Assembly: GCA_000388065.2 (NCBI GenBank)
Contig: KB932204.1
DNA: 40,087 nucleotides
Origin: Fonticula alba ATCC 38817
Taxonomy: Eukaryota > Protista > Nucleariida
Direction: 5' to 3' (one strand)
The notes under the pieces are model-generated. The model saw nothing but the letters and a program-made list of their open reading frames with translations. It had not been told where the DNA came from and searched no databases. The position numbers were made by a program, and so were the translations under genes. Positions 11,806 through 20,963 of this stretch are shown one piece after another (position 1 is the stretch's first letter; every line of letters begins with the position of its first letter).

Positions 11806-13717
11806 ATGGGTTGTTTCCAAAGCAAGCCCGCCGCCGCTGCCGGGGCAGCTGAGACCTGCGCCCCCAACCCCACCAGCCCCACCTACGCCAATGCCACGGT
11901 CGGTGGCTCGCTCGGGGCTCCGGGCGCTCTGAGCGCCACGTCCGCCTCCGCCGACGATGGCCACGGCGAGACCATCAAGATTTTGCTGCTCGGTGCGTGG
12001 CCTCTACCCCCCACCGCCGTCTCTGTCTGTCTGTCTCTCTCTCTCTCTCTGCCGGAAGCGACGCCACGCCGCCGGGACACCCAGGCACTGTGCCCCGCCC
12101 TGCCATCGGCTGACCATCCCCCCCCCCCCCCCCCCCCATCCCCCGATCCGCACCCAGGCCCCGGCGAGTCCGGCAAGTCCACCCTCCTGCGCCAGATCGA
12201 GATCATGCACGATATCCCCACCAGCGATCTGAAGCTCTACCGCACCTGCCTCAAGCGCAACTGCGCCCAGTCCATGCAGGTCCTCGTGGAGCAGGCCACC
12301 CTTTGGGGCTATGACTTCGGCGAGGATGAGGTACGCGACCCGCCATGGCCGCCGCCGCGGCCCACCGGCCTGCTTCCCTCTGCTCTTGCTCCTCGTCTTC
12401 CCTCGCTCTTTCTGCTTCCTTTGCCCCCCCCCCCCCCCCGGGAGCACACATCCCCATCGTCGGGGCCCCCATATGCCCGTGTCTGACGCGCCTTTCCATC
12501 CTGCCCTGCCCGCGCCGGGCCCTCCCGCAGAAGCACGCCGAGATTGTGGCCAACTTTGACCTTTCCAATGAGACTGCCTTCGACCGGACAATGGTCACGG
12601 CTATCCAGTCCCTGTGGGACAACCCGGCCATCAAGAAGGCCTTCGCCCGGCGCTCGGAGTTCTGGCTGCTCGAGGCGGCTCCTTAGTGCGTGGTCCCCCC
12701 CCCCCCCCCCCCCCCCCCTGCCTGCTTGCTGCCCATCCTCCTTGCGGTTGCCCTGCCGTGGCTTGCCCTCCATCCCCTGGCGATGGCTCTCTCTTGCTGA
12801 CATGCGCACTCGCGCACCGGTCATTGCCACGTCTCCCGTGCTTTCTTCCCCTCTCTCCCCCGCCCCTCCTGCCAGCTACTTCTCCATCGCCGAGAACCTC
12901 ATCTCGCCGGGCTACAAGCCCACCGAGATGGACATCATCATGACGCGTGTCGTCACCACCGGCATCACCACCCGCCTGCTGGACACCAAGCACGACCACA
13001 ACAAGTACATCCTTGTTGATGTGGGCGGCCAGCGCAATGAGCGCCGCAAGTGGGCCAAGTCCTTCGAAGGCGTGCGCGCCATCATTTTCGTCATCAACAT
13101 GGCCGAGTGCGTACCCCCCCACCTCAGTCCATTGCAACATGTCCATGCGCACGCACACGCGCACACACACGCACACGCACACACACACGCGCGCGCGCGC
13201 GCACACACACACACTCATATGCGCACACATGCCTAACGCCCCCGCTTCTCACTCTCTCCCTCCCAGTTACACCAACATTCTTTACGAGGATGCCACGGTC
13301 AACCGCATGGTCGAGGCCCTGAAGCTCTTTTCTACCACCGTCAACACCCCCATGTTCGAGGACACCCCGTTCTATGTGGTGCTCAACAAGCGCGATCTGC
13401 TGGAGACCTCGCTCGGGGAGCGGCCACTCAGCGTCTGCGAGTCCTTCGCGGACTACGTGTCCCCCTTCGCCCCGGCCGAAGGCTACCCCTCCATGTCCGG
13501 GGAGGACATCGATATCGACCGCGAGCCGCGCATGGCCTCCCCGCAGGAGGTTGACCATGCTGTGGAGTACATCAAGGGGAAGGTTTTGTCCCTGGTGCAC
13601 AGCGGGCCCCTCGAGCGGGTGGAGGTCTTCGCCCTGTCGTCAATGCGCCGTGCCGAGGTCCAGCCCTTCTGGAATGAGCTGACCGACACCCTGCCGTCGC
13701 GTCTTCAGCTAAACTAG
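11806..13717 (+). CDS. Heterotrimeric G-protein alpha subunit, divergent (398 aa; exons 11806-11992, 12158-12330, 12531-12685, 12876-13106, 13267-13717)
   Basis: The N-terminus MGCFQS fits myristoylation plus palmitoylation. Motifs present: P-loop LLLGPGESGKST, switch I TRVVTTGI, DVGGQRNERRKW, and NKRD. The four GT-AG introns are all phase-consistent, 1197 nt in total. Confidence 0.95.
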
Positions 13718-15632
13718 AGCCCCACCCGTGTCCCAAGAAAGGCCCGTGTGCGAGAGAGGTGCCGCGCGCCGTGCCGCAGCAAATACATACATATGCATAT
13801 ACACATGCATGCGCGCGTGCGCGCGGCGTTGCATCTCCATATGGTATCATGTATGCATGGGCGTGTCGGTAAATGCCGATATACTCATAGCCGCACACCG
13901 GCAGCAGGGGGGCGGGGCGCCAATCCACGCATACGCACATACATGCACAGACACACACACACACACACACACGCATGCATGCCTGGTCTCGGCACAGACA
14001 GGACGCAGCACTTTTTCACCCCCTGCTCCCACACATGCGCGTCCGTGTCTTTCTCTCTCTCTCTCCCTGTCTGCCTGTCTGCCTGTCTGCCTGTCTGTAT
14101 GTGTGTGTGTTGGCGTGCGCACCGAAAAAATAATAACAATAAACCAGAAACATATTCACTCTGCCGCATGCGCGCACCCCCTGCCTTCCTCTTTTTCTCT
14201 CTTTCTCCCTCCCTGACCACCCCCTCTCGGGTTCTCCTTCCTACCGCTTGTCGAAATGCCCGCGAGGAAAGATGGGCTGGCGCGCGTGCGAGGCGGCTTG
14301 CTTGTCTGTGTCAACGCACGCATCTTCCCCCTCCGGGTTTGGGGAGGGACGAGATCCCGGCCGGAGTGCCCTGAGTGTTTTTTTTGTCCCCCCCCTCCAC
14401 CTCCCCTAAAGGAGGACGACGGAGCGAGACCCTGTCCGTCTGTGGGAGCGCCTTGCGCCCAACCGCACCGCGCACCGCGCACCATCCCCCAGCTTCGACT
14501 AGGGCCCCTTTGTGCGGGGGGGGGGGGGGGGACGGCACATTGCGGTTGCCCCCGCCCCTCGGGGGCGTGCCCTGCGAAACGAAGGAACCCCGACGGCGGC
14601 CTGTGCCATCAGCACGCCGCGCTCATAGTGGAGATCGGCCGCTGGCAGTACGCACGGCCACGCACTCGTGGAGCACGTCCACCTCCATCGTCGGCACCCG
14701 CGACTGGCCTCCTGGTGCCAACCCATCGGGCCGATGAGATGTCACCCCAGGACAGTCCCCTCGGCGCATTCGCACACCCATCCTGACACACACGCACGCA
14801 CACNNNNNNNNNNNNNNNNNNNNNNNNNNNNNNNNNNNNNNNNNNNNNNNNNNNNNNNNNNNNNNNNNNNNNNNNNNNNNNNNNNNNNNNNNNNNNNNNN
14901 NNNNNNNNNNNNNNNNNNNNNNNNNNNNNNNNNNNNNNNNNNNNNNNNNNNNNNNNNNNNNNNNNNNNNNNNNNNNNNNNNNNNNNNNNNNNNNNNNNNN
15001 NNNNNNNNNNNNNNNNNNNNNNNNNNNNNNNNNNNNNNNNNNNNNNNNNNNNNNNNNNNNNNNNNNNNNNNNNNNNNNNNNNNNNNNNNNNNNNNNNNNN
15101 NNNNNNNNNNNNNNNNNNNNNNNNNNNNNNNNNNNNNNNNNNNNNNNNNNNNNNNNNNNNNNNNNNNNNNNNNNNNNNNNNNNNNNNNNNNNNNNNNNNN
15201 NNNNNNNNNNNNNNNNNNNNNNNNNNNNNNNNNNNNNNNNNNNNNNNNNNNNNNNNNNNNNNNNNNNNNNNNNNNNNNNNNNNNNNNNNNNNNNNNNNNN
15301 NNNNNNNNNNNNNNNNNNNNNNNNNNNNNNNNNNNNNNNNNNNNNNNNNNNNNNNNNNNNNNNNNNNNNNNNNNNNNNNNNNNNNNNNNNNNNNNNNNNN
15401 NNNNNNNNNNNNNNNNNNNNNNNNNNNNNNNNNNNNNNNNNNNNNNNNNNNNNNNNNNNNNNNNNNNNNNNNNNNNNNNNNNNNNNNNNNNNNNNNNNNN
15501 NNNNNNNNNNNNNNNNNNNNNNNNNNNNCCCCCCCCCCCCCCCCCCCCGCCCGACGACCATCAGCTCACTGGCCATTCTCTCCCTGCCGCCTGGCTCCCC
15601 CTCCCCCAACTCCTTCTGCCCCTTCCCCTCAG

Positions 15633-16969
15633 ATGCCTTCGACTGGGATCTTCTCATCTCGGTCCTCCAGGACATCCGCGCCGAGAAGCCGGTCCACATC
15701 CCCCACTATGACATGAAGTGCGCCCTCTCTTCGACCCCCTCGACCCCCCCCTCCCTGGCAAGTCCCGTGCCGCTGCCCTTCCTCACCCTTTCCCTCCTCT
15801 GGCGCCGCCTCGCCGACTGCACAGGACCTCCACCCGTGTGCCGGACCAGAGCGTGCGCATTGAGCGCCCGGCGGTGGTCCTGCTTGAGGGCATCCTGGTT
15901 CTCTTCGACGCGCGCGTCCGTGGTCTCCTGTCGATGGCCATCTTCGTCGACGAGGACTCCGATACCCGTCTGGCTCGCCGCGGTACATTACTCCTCCTCC
16001 TCATTCTTTCTTTCTTCCCTCGCTCGCTCTCTCTCTCTCTCTCTGTGATTTGTCCGGCGCGGCGTTGCATCTCCATATGGTATCATGTATNNNNNNNNNN
16101 NNNNNNNNNNNNNNNNNNNNNNNNNNNNNNNNNNNNNNNNNNNNNNNNNNNNNNNNNNNNNNNNNNNNNNNNNNNNNNNNNNNNNNNNNNNNNNNNNNNN
16201 NNNNNNNNNNNNNNNNNNNNNNNNNNNNNNNNNNNNNNNNNNNNNNNNNNNNNNNNNNNNNNNNNNNNNNNNNNNNNNNNNNNNNNNNNNNNNNNNNNNN
16301 NNNNNNNNNNNNNNNNNNNNNNNNNNNNNNNNNNNNNNNNNNNNNNNNNNNTCGACGAGGACTCCGATACCCGTCTGGCTCGCCGCGGTACATTACTCCT
16401 CCTCATTCTTTCTTTCTTCCCTCGCTCGCTCTCTCTCTCTCTCTCTGTGATTTGTCCGCCTCTTTTCATTTGCCCCGTCACCTCTCCCCGGCCGCGTGGA
16501 TCTTTCTCCGCCCTCCCCCCCCCCCCCATCTCCCTCTCTCCTTCTCACCCTTGCCTTTAGCTATTCGCGATACCACCGAGATGGCGCGTGACATGGACAC
16601 CGTCCTGCGCCAGTACTTGCGCTTCGTCAAGCCCTCCTACGATGACTTCATCTTCCCCACCAAGAAGTATGCCGATCTGCTGATCCCTCGCGCGGCTCAG
16701 AACGAGGGTGCGTGCCGGTCTTTTCTTTCTGTCGCCCCCCTTCTCCTCCTCGTGCTGGGGCCATTCACAATGCGAACCATCTGCCTATCAGCCGCCGCCC
16801 ACACACCCATCGTCTAACATGCCCCCCCCCCCCCCCCAACTACCATCACTACGGCCATTTAGTGGCTGTCGACTTGATTGTCCAGCACCTGAGCGAGAAC
16901 ATGCGCCGTCCCCGGCGTCCATCCATCTCCCACACCCCCCTCATGCAGTACCAGGAGCTCTCCAACTAG
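15633..16969 (+). CDS. UCK: Uridine-cytidine kinase, partial (exons 15633-15717, 15825-15982, 16561-16707, 16863-16969; N-terminal P-loop probably in gap 14804-15528)
   Basis: The spliced translation DAFDWDLL...HIPHYDMK...VVLLEGILVLFD...IFVDEDSDTRLARRAIRD...QYLRFVKPSYDDFIFPTKKYADLLIPR...VAVDLIVQHL matches the UCK family pattern. All splice phases are consistent. Confidence 0.9.
16352..16458 (+). repeat. Near-identical copy of 15947-16056 (UCK exon end plus intron start)
   Basis: The sequences are identical except (CTC)4 versus (CTC)3. The two copies flank gap 16091-16351. Confidence 0.9.
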
Positions 16970-17295
16970 TGGCCTCCTGCCCGCCATGTATCCGGGACTC
17001 CCTGGCGCGTGTCTTGCCATGCTCCCCCCCCCCTCCCCATCACATTTGCGGCCCATGCCGGCTCGTCGGAGCAACAATCCACTGTTCTGGCATTTTGGTG
17101 CCCCCCCCCCTCCCTTCCCCTTGCACAGCCGCCCAGGCACTGAGTCCCAAAATAGAGTGTTCATCTTGTCCCTCCTCCACCTTTGTGCATACCCACACAC
17201 TGGCACAAAGTGCGACAGCTGCATCTGTTCGGAAGGCGCATCGGCCATGGAGAGGCCCACGCGCCCTCCTTTTGTCGAGGAGAAGACTGGACAAG

Positions 17296-20152
17296 TCAGC
17301 GGCGACCATTTCCAGGGCGCCTGGCCTGGGGAGTGAATAGGAGACTCGGCGACAGGCGCCCGACCATCGGCTCGCCGAAAAGGATATCCCCCTGTGTCGG
17401 GTCCTGTTCAAGGACCAGCCGGGCCAGGTTGCGCTGCTTGCTCCACTCCGGCGTGAATGGAGGCAACAGGTCCCGGTCACGAGTGGCCCTATTCGTTGAC
17501 CGTGGTGTCGAGCAGACCACCGGGGCAGGCGCCGGGGCGGAGGTCGGGACAGGGGTCGGGACAGAAGCCGCCACAGGAGCAGGAGCCACAGCGGCAACCG
17601 GCAAGGTGGCCACCTCCGGCAGGTCCAGACTTGTCGGCGTGGCCCCTGCCCCGGTGGGGGTTTCGTAGTTGGCCGCCAGCTCGCGCAGGGAGGAGGTCAC
17701 GGCCGCTGCAAAGCGGATGGGCTGCTGCTCGAGCGGCGTCACCGGCCGGTGCCCGGCATCCAGGGCTCGCTGGGCCACCACGGCAGCCATCGACAGGGGG
17801 CCCGAGCCTGCCCCGGTGCCAGCCGATCGAAGCCGGCGTTCTTGAGGCACGGGCACACCGCCGGGCACGTCGGAAGCGGCTCCCTGGCCGGGGTCCCCAT
17901 CGCTGGGCACCGGCTGCGACAGTGTCTCCTGCCGGGGGAGGCCCGATGGGCGGGCGCCATCCGGCTCGAAGTCCAAATGCACCGGCGCCCCGGGCCGACT
18001 GGCTGGACGCCGCTCCACGAAGAAGGGCATCCCCTCACTGGCGGTGGCCGTTGCTGCCGGCAGAGACTCCCTGTTCATCTGACGGCCGATCTTGGCCGGA
18101 GGCTCGGCCTCGCCGGGGACGATGCTGTCCACGGCGGTCAGCGGTCGCTTCAAGACCGGCGCCGGGCGATTGTCCGTCGCGTCGGCGCCCGTGGCGGCGG
18201 TGCCGACAAACGCAGACGCGCCAGATCCACCGGCCACCGAGTACTGCCGCGATGCCAGCTTGCTCATGGCTGGGAAGGTGCATGGCCAGGGCGAGGTGGG
18301 TCAGTGGTCTTTGCAAGCAGGCCGAGCGAAGGGGAGAGCCGGGCATGGCCCATGCATGCCCCCGGAGCCAAGCCCATGTAACGCACCGGCCCGGATGGTG
18401 TCAAGTCGGGACACCGTGGATGGCCGATCGGCCGATGGGGGGTCGCCGCCCCCCGCCGGCCCCGCCGGGACCAGGGAGGCCGCCGGCTGCAAGGGCCCAG
18501 CCCCGGGGCCGCCGGCGCTCGGGCAGCCGGAAAGTGTGAAATCCAACCCCTGCCCGGTGATGACCCGGCTGGCAATCGACTGGATGGAGGGGTGGGCGAA
18601 GTTGCCGACCGCGCGGTCGCCACTGCCGCGACCGGCCCCGGGAGGCTCATCGGCCGGCGGGGCCGTGACCTCGGGCGCAGTGTCCGGCCGCCCGGGCACC
18701 GGGGCCGTATGTGAAGGGAGGGAGGGGATGCTGGCGGCCAGCGAGCCGAGCGGCGCCAGTGGGACCACCAGCGCCGGCGCCGCGGCCTGGCTGGCAGAGG
18801 GGACCATCACACGTGGGAGACGGGGGGCCGCAGCAATGCCAGCCGGTGGGGGGACCTCTTCCACCGGGGACGAGGTCGACGCCTCCGGCCCCAGGGGGGG
18901 CGGCCCCTGCGCCGAGGCGCCCAGCAAGGCCTGGCCGGCCAGGCGCTTTTGCCGGATCTGCCCAAGGGAGGCCGACAACGAGGCGGCCGGGGCCCCGGGA
19001 GGAGCGTCAAGTTCCGGGTGGGATGCCTGCGGCGGGTCTGGGGGCACTTGCGCCGGCAGGGGCGAGGCCGGCCGGAGGGCCACCTCGGGCTCCGGGTCGG
19101 CCGCCCGCTCGGGCTTCGGTCGCGGGCTATGGCGGGCTGGCATGGTCGAGGAGCGCAGGGAGCCCGAGCAGGCCGACGAGGATGGGTCTGACAGGGGGGG
19201 CGAGGGTGGGGCCGTGGCCGTGGCCGTGGCCGTGGCCGACCCGGAGGCCTGGTGCGAAGGCCCGTGGGCCGTTGGCATCGATCCAGTCGGACCCCCGGCC
19301 GAGGACCGAGACGACTCGGCCGGCGACAGGAGATCCGACACCGAGAGACTATGGCCACTGGCGGCCTCCGGCCCGGATGTCGACACACCGAGCAGCGACC
19401 GGCCGAAGGGCGGATCCGAGAGCAGGGGCACGCGCGGCCGGCCCCGGGCGTTTTGGACCGCCCGGCCAGCAGCCTCGTGGATGGAGAAGGAAGAAAGGAG
19501 CAGGCTCTCCCCCAGCAGCGGCCCGGGGAAGTCAGCCAGTGCGGTGGCGGTGGTGGCGGTGGTGGCGGTGGTGGCGGTGGTGCTGGCCGAAGGACCGGTG
19601 GCGGCCGCAGCAATGGCGGCGGCGGCGGCGGCGGCGGCGGCAGCGGTGGTGCTTGGCGGGCCTGCGATCAAGGGGCCGGCAGGACGCCCGGCCGGGGCCG
19701 ACACGCTCCGGCCATCCAGGAGTTTTGGCTTGGGCGAATGGCCGGCGTGAGGGGCCCCGGCCCCGGACCGGACGGGCTGACGAAACCTGCAGATGCGCCA
19801 GGGCCGGCAAGGAGGGGGGGGGGAGAGGCAGGAGGTGAGAGACGAGCGCGGGGGATGGGGGACGCCAGCGCGTGCGCGGCAAACGAGAATGGCCCACATG
19901 CATGGGGTCGACGCACATCATGTTGAGATCTCGGTCATAGCCGGCCAGGCTGCCAAGGCCAATGCGCAAGGTCCGGTCGAAGGCGTCATACACGTCGTCG
20001 TGCTCCTGGCGAACGGCCGACCACTGCTGGTGCAGCCAGGCCGATAGGTAGGCGGGGTTCGGGTCCGCGACCGGAGGCGGCATTGAGGGTGGCGGGGGGG
20101 ACCGCGCGGCAGCCATGCCAGGGCGAGCGTCCGACCGGGGGGCGGCCGACAT
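17296..20152 (-). CDS. INCENP: INCENP-like chromosomal passenger protein (about 869 aa; exons 20152-19917, 19786-18387, 18269-17296)
   Basis: The C-terminal PEWSKQRNLARLVLEQDPTQGDILFGEPM fits the IN-box pattern P-x-W...L...Q...D-x-x-FG and is preceded at a distance by LDLPEVAT. The N-terminal helix AWLHQQW...FDRTLRIGLGSLAGYDRDLNMMF resembles INCENP_N. Two gtgcgt introns are phase-consistent (2610 nt). The family call is from motif recognition only, without an HMM search. Confidence 0.65.
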
Positions 20153-20963
20153 GGTTGTCCGTTTATGTGTGTGCGTGTGCGTGCGTGTGTGCGCGTGCGT
20201 GTGCGCGTGCACCGGTCTTCCTGGCTCTCTCTCTCTCTCTGTGTGTGCGTGCCTTTGGCCGCCTCGATCCTTCCTCTCGACCTGTGTATCTGTGTGAACG
20301 CACGCGCCGAGCGACGAGGGAATTCACATGCACCCGAGGTCTCAAGCGGCCCGTGGTCCGAGAGCGGGGGGCAAGCAAGGGCAGGGAGTCACGAAGAGGC
20401 GCACAGCAGGCAAGGTGCGAGTGCAAGGGCAAAGGGGACAGGGAGGTGGGACGGAAGGGGGGAAGGGGAATGGCAGGGTGATCGGGCAAAAGAGGCGCGA
20501 AGAGGGGGCAAGGGGGGGCGGAGATCGGTGGCGGTGATGCCCACAGGTGCGGGGGTTGGGAGGGACCGCGGTACTAGTTGAAGAGGAAGAAACTGGATTT
20601 TCGAACCCGAGATCACGCGCAGCGCCGATTGGTCAGCCTGCCGTGGGAAGCGTGCAGTTCTATGATACCAGAATACATCCCGGGGGCCTGATCGGCGCCG
20701 GTCTGGCCCGCCACCCAAAGCCGAGTGAGGTGTACTAATTTCCCCTCGGCGCTGCCAGATTGCGCGGAAAGAAGGGAGGGCCGACGAGAGCCGGGGGGGG
20801 GGGGGGGGGACAGGGGGCGGCACGGGGAGGTACTTGGGCGGGCATCCGGATGGCGGAAGGGCTCCGGGGAGGCGACTTAGCCACCTTTCCCCCTTCGCAC
20901 CTGCTTCCCCCTTGTCCCACCTTTCCTCCACCACCACCACCACCACCACCAGCAACTTCCATC
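20153..20963. promoter_or_regulatory. Putative bidirectional promoter region between the INCENP-like (-) and ARH1-like (+) genes
   Basis: The genes are head-to-head with about 810 bp between start codons. A cluster of TTCGAA (20600-20605), ACGCG (20615-20619) and reverse CCAAT (20628-20632) is present. Function is inferred. Confidence 0.4.

Noticed and set aside
14256-14803. Candidate first exons of the uridine kinase
   Set aside because: No P-loop (GxxxSGK) is visible and no phase-consistent model can be built before the gap.
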